The notes below the pieces were generated by a model. It was not told where the DNA came from, did not search any database, and saw nothing but the letters and a program-made list of their open reading frames with translations. Below, one piece after another: positions 10,243-19,683 of a stretch of 64,000 nucleotides of DNA. The position numbers were made by a program, and so were the translations under genes. Source of the DNA: an uncultured delta proteobacterium (GTDB lineage Bacteria > Desulfobacterota > Desulfobacteria > Desulfobacterales > B30-G6); assembly GCA_963823335.1 (NCBI GenBank), contig CAWGLD010000008.1, positions 1-64,000 of the forward strand, given 5' to 3'. How positions within the stretch are numbered: position 1 is the first letter of the stretch; every line of letters begins with the position of its first letter.

Positions 10243-11774
10243 CAATGCAGTTCACCAACAGCCTCCATCACGGCTTGCGTCAGCTGTCCACCGGATATGA
10301 ATTCTCGTACTACTCTTATGTCCTCGGAGAAGATTCTGGCTATGTCACCGTCAACCCAAGGCATGCATGTCCGAATCGCCGCATGCGCTGCGCGGGTTCC
10401 CTTGCCGCAACGTTTCAGGCCGACAAAATCGAGGGCTTGTGCTGCACAAATACATTCAATGGCCAAAACATTTTCAAGATTGCCAGCTATATCGAAGGCT
10501 TTGCGGGCGGCATTAAGGCCCATGCTTACATGATCTTCCTGGTTGGCACTGGTAGGTACGCTGTCCACGCTGGCCGGGTGGGCCAACGTCTTGTTGTCCG
10601 AGACTAGGGACGCAGTGACGATTTGAAGAATACCGAAGCAGTTCCCCTCACTGGCAAATTTGGAAAGGCTGGGTGGAAGATCGCTGCAATGGGGATCTGT
10701 GAGACGGGCGCAGCGGCGGTCGCTTATATTGGCCAGTTCCGAGAGAACAATGCTCATGAAGTCACCAATGAAGGCCATGGGTTCACCATGGAAGTTGCCG
10801 CCTGAAAGGAAATCTCCATCTTCAGGAAAAATTAGCGGGTTATCCGTAGCAGAATTCAATTCGATTTCCAGAAGATAACGGACGAACTTCAAAACTTCCC
10901 GCACACTGCCATGAACCTGGGGCATACAGCGAAGGGAATAAGCATCCTGAACCCGGGAATTCAGATGGGGCGGAGTTATTGAACTGCCTTTGACTATCCG
11001 GAGAATGTTTTCAGCCACTTCGGCCTGACCGGGAATGGGACGAACCTTATGGATTCTGGCATCGAAGGCAGCTGCTGTTCCTCCCAGGGCTTCTAGCGTC
11101 ATTGCTCCGGCGACGTCAGCAACTTTGACCAGATTCAGTCCGCGGCTCAGGGTGAGAGCGCAAACGGAAGACATGGCCTGGGTTCCATTGACAAGGGCCA
11201 GCGCTTCTTTGGCTTCCAGTTCCATGGGAGCTATCCCCGCAACCTTGAGCCCCTCTTCCCCGGTGATAAGCTTTTCGTCCTTTCGGGCTTTCCCTTTGCC
11301 GGTGAGAATCAGGGCCATGTGAGCCAGCGGAACCAGATCGCCACTAGCGCCAACTGATCCCTGCTTGAAAATTACGGGAGTGACCCCGGCGTTAAGCAAC
11401 GCTATAAGATTCTCTATGATTTCAGGACGTACTCCTGAAAAACCCTTGGATAGAGAATTGGCTCTCAGTAACATCATGGCTCGGCATATCTCTACCGGGA
11501 ATTCGTCACCCACGCCCGAGCAATGGCTGAGGATCAAATTCTCTTGGACCTTCTTGGTCATTTCCCTGCTGATGCTCACTTCGCTCAAATGGCCCAGACC
11601 TGTTGTTATCCCATATATTTTGAGATTCTGCTCAACCGCTTTTCCCACCTCTTTGTATGCTGCGATGACAGCATTACGGCTGTCGGGGTTAAGTTTCGTT
11701 TTTTGTCCATGCAGGGCGACACGTACGACATCTTCCAAATGCAAATTATTCCCATTTATATCCAAAAAAACCAT
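10242..11774 (-). CDS. hutH: histidine ammonia-lyase-like (MIO) enzyme
   Basis: YGITTG, LILSH, GSVGASGDL (MIO), VQDAYSLRC, GGNFHG, NQEDHVSMG. Confidence 0.95.
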   Translation of the reverse strand: MVFLDINGNNLHLEDVVRVALHGQKTKLNPDSRNAVIAAYKEVGKAVEQNLKIYGITTGLGHLSEVSISREMTKKVQENLILSHCSGVGDEFPVEICRAMMLLRANSLSKGFSGVRPEIIENLIALLNAGVTPVIFKQGSVGASGDLVPLAHMALILTGKGKARKDEKLITGEEGLKVAGIAPMELEAKEALALVNGTQAMSSVCALTLSRGLNLVKVADVAGAMTLEALGGTAAAFDARIHKVRPIPGQAEVAENILRIVKGSSITPPHLNSRVQDAYSLRCMPQVHGSVREVLKFVRYLLEIELNSATDNPLIFPEDGDFLSGGNFHGEPMAFIGDFMSIVLSELANISDRRCARLTDPHCSDLPPSLSKFASEGNCFGILQIVTASLVSDNKTLAHPASVDSVPTSANQEDHVSMGLNAARKAFDIAGNLENVLAIECICAAQALDFVGLKRCGKGTRAAHAAIRTCMPWVDGDIARIFSEDIRVVREFISGGQLTQAVMEAVGELH

Positions 11775-12976
11775 TACGTTATCTCCTCAAAATCAGAATG
11801 CGACAACATCTCTGTTTTCATGTTAGGTCCTCCAAGTCCGGCAATTAATCTGGCCAATAGTAGCGTTCTTGGCAGTATGCTTTTAATGAGCAACCGCTCT
11901 CTGCGGCTGCAATCGTCCAGAGCGATGGGACCAAGCCCATCTAAAGTCGGTATTCCGCGTGCTGCCACAAAGCTTCCATCTGACCCACCTCTTGTGTGAA
12001 TTTCGGGCAAAGGCATCCCCATCTCTTTGGCAATTGCCAGCGCCCGGCGATAAAGGTACACAGTTCCTGGTGACCGAGGGAATTCAGGTCGCGATTGCCG
12101 CCCTTCCAACTTTAGGGTAACTTTCGGATTCTGTTGGAGCAGTGCTATCTTGCGGATGTTCGCCACTAGTTTGTCTGCTTCTTCCTGGTTGGGTGCTCGA
12201 TAGTCTATTTCCATTTCCGCCTTAGCCGGAATCACCTGTCGTGCTTCGCCACCCTTAAAAATGCCTACATTGAGCAATATCCCCTTTTCTATATGCGTCA
12301 AATCCTCCAGGGAAGACACTTTGGTTGCGAGCTCTTTGATGGCGCTGGCCCCTTCACCTCTGTTCACGGCGCAGTGAGCACTTACCCCATGAGCGCTAAG
12401 TGTGAATCGACCCATGACCGCCCTTTGCGTGACGACACCATTGTTCTCACGCCCGGGCTCCATAACTAGTGCATAGTCGGCTTGGTCCCCCTCATTTTCT
12501 ATCCATATCCGTGAGTTTGGCGATCCCACCTCTTCGTCCGGGACGAGCATGAAGGTTATTGATTCCAAATGTTCGGCTGCACCGGTAACCATAAGGGCTT
12601 CCAGTGCAGTCAATGCAACCACCAAGCCGCCCTTCATGTCCCCTACACCTGGCCCCAGGGCAAAACCATCATCGGTAACAGCAAACGGCCATTCGGCTAA
12701 GGTTCCCTTTGGCCAGACCGTGTCCAAATGGCCAAGAATAAGAATCTTGCCTTTTCCGCCCAAAGAGCGGCGGGCAAGAACTTGATCACCAATGTTTTGT
12801 TGAGGCTTTTTTTCAATAATAAAGCCGATGCGTTCCAGTTCACGGGCCATATATGCACCGGCTCGATCGACCCCTTCCTTGTCATAGGAATTTGTTTCGA
12901 TATTCACCAGGGCTTCGATATGCTTTAAAGGCTCTTGCTTTATGCTTTCCAGAAAAGTGTGAATCTCTTTTTTCAT
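11774..12976 (-). CDS. M20 family metallo-hydrolase (carboxypeptidase G2-like)
   Basis: GHLDTV, GDMKGG, DEEVGS, MEPGR, GGSDG. Confidence 0.92.
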   Translation of the reverse strand: MKKEIHTFLESIKQEPLKHIEALVNIETNSYDKEGVDRAGAYMARELERIGFIIEKKPQQNIGDQVLARRSLGGKGKILILGHLDTVWPKGTLAEWPFAVTDDGFALGPGVGDMKGGLVVALTALEALMVTGAAEHLESITFMLVPDEEVGSPNSRIWIENEGDQADYALVMEPGRENNGVVTQRAVMGRFTLSAHGVSAHCAVNRGEGASAIKELATKVSSLEDLTHIEKGILLNVGIFKGGEARQVIPAKAEMEIDYRAPNQEEADKLVANIRKIALLQQNPKVTLKLEGRQSRPEFPRSPGTVYLYRRALAIAKEMGMPLPEIHTRGGSDGSFVAARGIPTLDGLGPIALDDCSRRERLLIKSILPRTLLLARLIAGLGGPNMKTEMLSHSDFEEIT

Positions 12977-12985
12977 TGTTGGTAC

Positions 12986-13810
12986 CTAATCCAGGCTCAT
13001 GAACTTACCGATGCCGATAAATTTTTCAATCAACAGGGCCAGCAGCAAGGTCATTAAAATTAGAATGGTAGACATGGCTGCAATTGTTGGGTCGTCCATG
13101 GTGCGCATGTAATTCATAGCTTCGATGGCCAGGGTGTTGGTATTCATCTCCACCAGGAAGATAACGATTGAAACATCCTCTAAAACCATGGTGAAAATAA
13201 ATATGCATCCACTGAGGATTCCCGGCCCGATCTGGGGAAAAACAATCTTCCAGAATGTAGTCCAGCGGCTGGCTCCCATGTTGATGGCCGCTTCATCTAT
13301 ATGGGAGCTCAGTCCGTGAAGATTGGCGGTTATGGTCCGGATAGGATAGGCGACGGTACAGATGGTCATGGCGATGACCAGTTTGCCGAAGCTCCAGCTA
13401 AAACCAACAATCCCGAAAAAGGTTAGCAGGGCCATACCGGTGATGATTCCCGGAACCACTATCGGTGAGAGTACCAGTGAATTCAAAAATACTTTACCTT
13501 TGAATTCCCCCCTAACCAGGGCATAGGCAGTTCCCATACCAAAAAGTGTGGCCAAGGGTATTACACAGGCGGCCAGACCGAGACTTACGAGAAATGCGTG
13601 TCTGAAATAATCCAGTGAAAATAGGTTAAAGTACCATCTTAGGGAAAGGCGGGTGAAGGAAAACCCAAAATATGCGCTTGGATTGAATGAATAGGCAATG
13701 GTGAAAATCACCGGCATGGCAATGAATATTACAATTGCCGCAACAGCGATGGTCAGGCTGGGGCCTATCATACTGAAGTCATTCTTGTTCTTGTAAATTG
13801 CCCTTCTCAT
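12986..13810 (-). CDS. ABC transporter permease (PotC-like)
   Basis: TM helices; EAAINMGA loop. Confidence 0.92.
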   Translation of the reverse strand: MRRAIYKNKNDFSMIGPSLTIAVAAIVIFIAMPVIFTIAYSFNPSAYFGFSFTRLSLRWYFNLFSLDYFRHAFLVSLGLAACVIPLATLFGMGTAYALVRGEFKGKVFLNSLVLSPIVVPGIITGMALLTFFGIVGFSWSFGKLVIAMTICTVAYPIRTITANLHGLSSHIDEAAINMGASRWTTFWKIVFPQIGPGILSGCIFIFTMVLEDVSIVIFLVEMNTNTLAIEAMNYMRTMDDPTIAAMSTILILMTLLLALLIEKFIGIGKFMSLD

Positions 13811-13815
13811 GGCTT

Positions 13816-14742
13816 TTACTCATACCTTTGCTTAAGAACGTTTTGCAAACGGGCAAGCCCGATAACTGTAGCCAGAGAAACAATCAGAAGCATAATGGCA
13901 AGCACCGCGGCAAAAGGCAGGTCGTAAGAAATGGCGATCTTTTCATAAATGATGTTGGACATCATTTTCACCCGGCCTCCACCAAGAAGCAGAGGGAAGA
14001 GAAACGAACTCAAGGCCAGGGCGAACGTCAGAGATACCGTTTCAATGACGGCCGATATAGTCAGCGGAAAAATTATCTTCATAAAGACTTTGAATTTGTT
14101 AGCACCCATGTTTATGGCGGCCTCCTCCAATGAACGGGGAATGTTCTGAATGGGGCCAAGCAGAACCAGGGCTGCAAAGGGTACCAGATAGTGAACCACG
14201 CTGATTATTACACCTCGCCAGGAATAGAGGAATTGAATCGGGTGGTTGATGATGCCCATGGCTTTGAGTATTGAATTCACCAGCCCCACGTTACCCAGCA
14301 TTATTATCCAAGCATAGGCAATGGTGATTCCTCCGGCCAGAAGGGGAACCAACATGACGATCATAATGATGTACCGGGCCGCCTTCGATCTAGTTCGAAC
14401 CGTGAAGTAGGCCAGGGGATAAGCGATCACCAGGGTGATGGCCGTCATCTCGCCCGAACGCCATATGGATTCCCACAAAAAGGATGGATAGAGAGGATCG
14501 GAGAAAAATCGTATATAGCTATTGAATGTCCACGCATCGCCGACCATTGCCAGACCGGGTACTAGTTCGTGAAAACTTTCAAGGATGAAAGAGAAGTAGG
14601 ATACAAAAAACAGCAGCAGGAGAATCATGATCGGCAGCAGAAGCAAACAGATGGTTTTTGCCGTCAGTGCCTGGTAATCCATGCTGTTTTTGCTGTTTGT
14701 TTCTGCATCGCCATCGTAAGTCAAGGATGCATTTGCCACCAT
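13816..14742 (-). CDS. ABC transporter permease (PotB-like)
   Basis: AYPLAY, EEAAINMGA. Confidence 0.92.
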   Translation of the reverse strand: MVANASLTYDGDAETNSKNSMDYQALTAKTICLLLLPIMILLLLFFVSYFSFILESFHELVPGLAMVGDAWTFNSYIRFFSDPLYPSFLWESIWRSGEMTAITLVIAYPLAYFTVRTRSKAARYIIMIVMLVPLLAGGITIAYAWIIMLGNVGLVNSILKAMGIINHPIQFLYSWRGVIISVVHYLVPFAALVLLGPIQNIPRSLEEAAINMGANKFKVFMKIIFPLTISAVIETVSLTFALALSSFLFPLLLGGGRVKMMSNIIYEKIAISYDLPFAAVLAIMLLIVSLATVIGLARLQNVLKQRYE

Positions 14743-14746
14743 CGGT

Positions 14747-15874
14747 CTACCTTTCTATCAAAGTGCAGTTTTGTCCCATGATGGTGACTTCCACCTCGCA
14801 ATTGGGTTCGAAACCTGCACATCGTTCCTGGCGCGGCGCCTCGACTATCAGTGTGAGCCCGTGGGGAATCCGAACCTCGTAGGTGATAAGAGAACCTGCA
14901 TTTGTGGTGAACGTTATCACTCCGGGCAGATGCAGACATTCGTCCGAATTTTGATTCGTCAGAGCCTCATTGTTCTCCTTTCTGGCCACGATCTGAATGC
15001 GCTCGCCCCTTACAGCGATAATTACATCTGATGAAATCGGTTTTTCCCTTATGGGTACTTTCAGCCTCTCTTTTCCGAGAAGTTCCACGGTAGCTTCATT
15101 GCGGTTCGTACTTATTACGGTTGCGTTGAAAAAATGAGGGATACCCAGGAACTCGGCCACGAATTTGGTTTTGGGGTGGTCATATATCTCCAGGGGTTTT
15201 CCTTCGTGTTCTATATGCCCGTAATTCATTACCGCAATTCGGTCCGAGATGGTCATGGCCTCCTTCTGGTCATGGGTCACGAATAGGGTCGTTATTTTTA
15301 AAAGTTGTTGAAGCTTCCTGACTTCGAACTGCATTTCATCCTTAAGATTGCGATCAAGGGCGGCGAACGGCTCATCCAGAAGCAGAACACTGGGTTGGAA
15401 GGCAAGAACACGGGCCAGGGCGACTCTCTGCTTCATACCGCCGCTTAACTGACCGGGATAGCTGTTTTTTAGGTCGGCAAGGTGCACCAAATCCAGACAC
15501 TCCATGGCCCTTTTATAGATGGCTTTACGATTCATTTTGCGCATTCTGAGACCAAACGTAATGTTATCGTAAACGGTCATGTGCGGGAAAAGGCAATAGT
15601 GCTGGAACACCATTCCAACATTTCTCTTGTTGGGAGAAATTGAGTTAAGAAGTTTGCCAGCCACCCTGACCTCACCGTGGGTTGGGGTTACGAAACCCGC
15701 CAGAATTCTTAAAAGCGTTGACTTTCCGCATCCGCTGGGCCCCAGCATAGATAGCAATTCGCCTTCTCTAATGGTTATGGAGACACCGGAAAGGACTTCC
15801 TTGCGTCCATACACCTTACGGATATCTTTGAACTCTACATAATCATTTTGTAATGATTGCTGCATAGGTAACAA
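14747..15874 (-). CDS. ABC transporter ATP-binding protein (PotA-like)
   Basis: GPSGCGKS, LSGGMKQR, LLLDEP. Confidence 0.95.
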   Translation of the reverse strand: MLPMQQSLQNDYVEFKDIRKVYGRKEVLSGVSITIREGELLSMLGPSGCGKSTLLRILAGFVTPTHGEVRVAGKLLNSISPNKRNVGMVFQHYCLFPHMTVYDNITFGLRMRKMNRKAIYKRAMECLDLVHLADLKNSYPGQLSGGMKQRVALARVLAFQPSVLLLDEPFAALDRNLKDEMQFEVRKLQQLLKITTLFVTHDQKEAMTISDRIAVMNYGHIEHEGKPLEIYDHPKTKFVAEFLGIPHFFNATVISTNRNEATVELLGKERLKVPIREKPISSDVIIAVRGERIQIVARKENNEALTNQNSDECLHLPGVITFTTNAGSLITYEVRIPHGLTLIVEAPRQERCAGFEPNCEVEVTIMGQNCTLIER

Positions 15875-15968
15875 TTATTTATCCTATACTTACACCCGCC
15901 AGAAAACCTTGTATGTGCAATGCGAATGATGACCGCACGGGACCTTATTCTGCTTATCAGGGGATAAG

Positions 15969-15995
15969 GTGATGACGGAAAAATTCCGTCATCAC
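15969..15995. terminator. intercistronic hairpin downstream of the binding-protein gene
   Basis: GTGATGACGGAA-AAA-TTCCGTCATCAC perfect stem. Confidence 0.6.
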
Positions 15996-16024
15996 TTTGT
16001 CGAAGGTTATTGCCAAATTAAATT

Positions 16025-17053
16025 CTATTTGACGAATTCCTTATCCCACTGTTCGATCCATTTGGCAAGGTTGTCCTTTACCGCGGCATGGTCGATAATC
16101 AGGGAATCTTCTGGTTTGGGAAAGTCGTTGGTGAGGATTTCCGTGGCGTCTACCTTACTGTTTACCGGGGCACATTTATGGGGAAGCACCGAAATCTCCT
16201 GAGCCCACTTGGAAACCATCATGTCTATGAATTTATGTGCCAGATCCTCATTGCCGTTATTGACCACGGTCATGACGTCAAAAGAGACCGGAGTCGGTTT
16301 GGGATTGACGACTTCAGCGGGAATTCCCGCTTCGGTAAGGTAATCCAGACTGCCGGTGTTGCCGATAAGAACCGACACTTCACCTTGTGCCAGAAGTTTG
16401 CGTGAAGTGGAGTCATTATCGTAGAAAGTGACCACATTGGGCATGAGTTGCTTTATTTTTTCGAAGCCCGGCTGGATATTGGTTTCGCTGCCGCCGTTTA
16501 TTTTGGCTGCAACCACCAGGAAAGTGCCCTGGTCAAAGGAGGGCGGAGGGACTGCAAGCTGCTTTTTGAATTCCGGTCGCCAAAGATCTTCCCAAGTTTT
16601 AATCTCCATGGGGCAGATGTCTTTGCGATAAATAATCCCTTGGGGGTAATAGAGCTGGGCTACGTATTTTTTATTGAGTGCACCCTCAACCAGGTCGGCC
16701 CGGTTGGTGATCTTGTCGGGATCTATGTCAGCTATCAGCCCCGGCGGTGCGGTGCTGGGCATTGCTGAATCACAGAACCAGACGTCAACACCCGGTTTCC
16801 CCTGGGCAGCCATCATTTTGGCGAGGCCTTCAGACGACCCGGACTGCATGACGGCCTTGACTGGAACGCCATATTTTTCCTCGAATTTTTTAGCAACGTC
16901 CTTTACGCCCACATTCCAGGTGGCGCCCCACAGCATAACTGTAAGTGCTTTCTCCTCAGCAGCGGCTTTAATCGGATTCAGCACCATAGGCATGAGCAGA
17001 GTCAGTGTTAACAGTGCAACCATTCCGATTTTGTAACAATTGGTAGTCTTCAT
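16025..17053 (-). CDS. ABC transporter substrate-binding protein (PotD/PotF-like)
   Basis: signal peptide; TWEDLW motif; operon position. Confidence 0.9.
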   Translation of the reverse strand: MKTTNCYKIGMVALLTLTLLMPMVLNPIKAAAEEKALTVMLWGATWNVGVKDVAKKFEEKYGVPVKAVMQSGSSEGLAKMMAAQGKPGVDVWFCDSAMPSTAPPGLIADIDPDKITNRADLVEGALNKKYVAQLYYPQGIIYRKDICPMEIKTWEDLWRPEFKKQLAVPPPSFDQGTFLVVAAKINGGSETNIQPGFEKIKQLMPNVVTFYDNDSTSRKLLAQGEVSVLIGNTGSLDYLTEAGIPAEVVNPKPTPVSFDVMTVVNNGNEDLAHKFIDMMVSKWAQEISVLPHKCAPVNSKVDATEILTNDFPKPEDSLIIDHAAVKDNLAKWIEQWDKEFVK

Positions 17054-17149
17054 CGATTCCTCCTTCGCGTTTAGGGTTCTCTTTCGGTTTTTGGCACGTC
17101 ACTATTTGCTTCCTTTAAACTTCGAATCATGTAAATTCAGAACTATCTT

Positions 17150-18805
17150 CTACGTTCTCAGTGGAGTTATTTTGTTAAGATTGTGTTCGCGGGCACACTC
17201 CCGGGCGATTTCGTAACCCGCGTCTGCATATCGAATGATGCCGAGACCGGTCTCGGCATCCAGGGTTTTTTGGATTCTTGTAAACCCAGTCTGAGTTCCA
17301 TCTGCTATCAGGGTAGTCCCACTACTGACACTCACCCCCGTGCTTCCGCCAGCCGCCGAATGAATGGTGACCAGGTCAGCCCGGCAGGTTACATTCAACA
17401 ATGCGTTCAGTAGTGGCCAATCGGCAATAGCGTCGCTGCCGTCAAGCATGTTTTCCGTTTCACGGTGAGGCATGGCTACCGAAGCTGCGTCTAAATGGTC
17501 TCGTGTGAAAGCTACCGGACCCTTGAGCTTGCCCTCCCGCACTAGGTTGTTGACCATGGTCCCTATTTTGCTTCTTTGCCCATGAGAGGCCCAGCAAATA
17601 CGGGCGGGAAGCCCCTCAACGGGAACATGCTTAGCGGCTAGTTTGAGCCAGCCAGAAATGTGAGGCTCATCTGGAAATTCTCGTATCAACATGTCATCTA
17701 TCACTTCTATGTCCGTGGGATCACCGGAAATGGCTATCCATCGGAATGGACCACAGCCCCGGCAGAAGAACGGGCGAATGAATTTTTCCATGAATCCGGG
17801 GATATGGAAGGCATCGGACACACCACCATGATCCCTGGCTTTTTCCCTAAGCAGGTTGCCGTATTCAAATGCCACAACACCTTTTTCATGGAACTCAAGG
17901 ATGGCTTTCATATGGATGGCCATGGATTGGAAGGCTTCTTTTAAATATTGATCCGGATTTTTTCGTGCAAAATCGGCCGCCTGTTCTACATCGTAGCCCA
18001 CAGGCACATAACCGCCTGCCAGAGGATCACTGGCCGCAGTCTGATCAGTTACAACATCGGGAGTAACACCTCTTCGCAAAAGCTCGGGCAAAACCTCGGC
18101 AGCGTTGCCCACCAGTCCCACTGAAAGGGGCTTTTTATCAGCCACTGCCGTACGGCAAACATCCAAAGCTTCGTCAAGATCGTACACTATACGGTGGCAA
18201 TAACCGTTATCAACTCTGCGTTGTATTTTGGCGGGATTGACATCTATCACAAGCGCCACCCCGCCGTTCATGGTCACCGCTAGCGGTTGAGCCCCGCCCA
18301 TACCACCGCACCCTCCGGTAACCACAAATTTGCCTTCCAAATTCCCTCCAAAGTATTGCTTGGCTACCGAATAGAAGGTCATGTATGTACCTTGGACAAT
18401 ACCCTGGGTGCCAATGTATTGCCAACCACCGGCGGTGAAACCGGCCGGCATGATCAATCCCTTTGCTTCGAGTTCATAGAAAATTTCGGGTCGTGAGTAT
18501 TGTCCGACCAGGTTGGCATTGGCCATGATCACCAAAGGTGCGTCGGCATGGGTCTGAAAAAGTCCTACTGGCTTTCCGGATTGAATCAAAAGGGTTTCAT
18601 CCTCATTCATGGTCTTAAGGATATGGACTATTTGCTCGAAACACTCCCAATTACGGGCCGCCCGGGCGCTAGACATATAAATAACCAGGTCTTCAGGTCG
18701 CTCGCCCACTTCTAAAACGTTTTCCAGCATCCTCAAAAGGGTCTCCTGGCGCCAACCTTTGCATCGAATCGTGGGGCCACGCATGGCTTTAATTTGACGA
18801 GACAT
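17150..18805 (-). CDS. hutU: urocanate hydratase-family protein, divergent
   Basis: QSGKPVG, YIGTQGIVQGTY, GGMGGAQPLA, LPARICW, RDHLD, RETE, DGSDAIADWP. Confidence 0.93.
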   Translation of the reverse strand: MSRQIKAMRGPTIRCKGWRQETLLRMLENVLEVGERPEDLVIYMSSARAARNWECFEQIVHILKTMNEDETLLIQSGKPVGLFQTHADAPLVIMANANLVGQYSRPEIFYELEAKGLIMPAGFTAGGWQYIGTQGIVQGTYMTFYSVAKQYFGGNLEGKFVVTGGCGGMGGAQPLAVTMNGGVALVIDVNPAKIQRRVDNGYCHRIVYDLDEALDVCRTAVADKKPLSVGLVGNAAEVLPELLRRGVTPDVVTDQTAASDPLAGGYVPVGYDVEQAADFARKNPDQYLKEAFQSMAIHMKAILEFHEKGVVAFEYGNLLREKARDHGGVSDAFHIPGFMEKFIRPFFCRGCGPFRWIAISGDPTDIEVIDDMLIREFPDEPHISGWLKLAAKHVPVEGLPARICWASHGQRSKIGTMVNNLVREGKLKGPVAFTRDHLDAASVAMPHRETENMLDGSDAIADWPLLNALLNVTCRADLVTIHSAAGGSTGVSVSSGTTLIADGTQTGFTRIQKTLDAETGLGIIRYADAGYEIARECAREHNLNKITPLRT

Positions 18806-19155
18806 TTTTTATATCTTAAACCTTATCTATACAGCAATATTCAATTAGTAGATATGTTTGCTTCTATGCTGTTTGTTTATCAGAAAATTAATAGATCCGT
18901 TTGGTATAGGTATGTTTCATTTTGTGTCGGTTTGAGCAGCTGCTATTAAGAATTAGCATTGGCTTTCTTCAGGCGTGGCAGCCAACAATTCACATTAAAC
19001 ACACCTCTTAAACGACATGTATTAACCCTGAATACAAAATAAACAACTCCTGGTCAAGTAAAAATTGTCCTGTGTGAACCATGGACCGGCTTTATTTTGC
19101 GATCGTCATTAGGGGAAAGATTGAAACAGTCAATCCCTTTTCTTACTATGCGGTT

Positions 19156-19320
19156 GGTGGTTCCATCTTATATGCGTTCCTCGTAACCGACGATTAAAAC
19201 CCCTTGCCTAACCTTATGAAAACTTCGTGATCAGCTTTATTCGTTTTTAGAACAGCATGTTACAACCTGGTTGTTATATCGGCATGACAACTGCCGATTG
19301 TTCAATTAAACACTTCGAAA
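19156..19320. repeat. ~165-nt diverged direct repeat, copy 1
   Basis: colinear with 19520-19683 (CTCGTAACCGAC, AAAACCCCTTGCCTAACC, GAAAACTTCG, CTGGTTGT, CCGATTGTTCA shared). Confidence 0.85.
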
Positions 19321-19330
19321 TTCTTCGCAG

Positions 19331-19426
19331 CGACCGTAAGGAATTCTTTCTAATTTTGGTTCGCTCGCTAACCTCGCAGCATGCGAAGCACTGCTGCAGG
19401 CAGAACCCACGGGGTTAGCACTCGCT
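19331..19426 (-). repeat. REP-like family A copy
   Basis: reverse complement aligns with 287-383. Confidence 0.85.
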
Positions 19427-19456
19427 ATTGCGGTTCAAATCGTGTGAACGTTCATA

Positions 19457-19493
19457 CAAAACAGAACGGGGCGACCCGAAAGATCGCCCCGTT
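19457..19493 (-). terminator. intrinsic terminator on minus strand
   Basis: minus strand AACGGGGCGAtc-TTTC-ggTCGCCCCGTT then CTGTTTT. Confidence 0.65.
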
Positions 19494-19519
19494 GGTGTTC
19501 ATGGATGCCATGTGACAGA

Positions 19520-19683
19520 TGGTGGTTCGATCATATATGCGTTTCTCGTAACCGACTGTGAAAACCCCTTGCCTAACCCCGCGAAAACTTCGTTATCGGA
19601 CATATTCGATGTTATAACTGCATGTTGTATTCTGGTTGTCATATAGGTATAACAACTTCCGATTGTTCATTTAAACAATTGAA
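19520..19683. repeat. ~165-nt diverged direct repeat, copy 2
   Basis: see copy 1. Confidence 0.85.

Noticed and set aside
19150-19530. tRNA or tmRNA 3' ends (CCACCA on minus strand)
   Set aside because: No T-arm or acceptor-stem pairing visible
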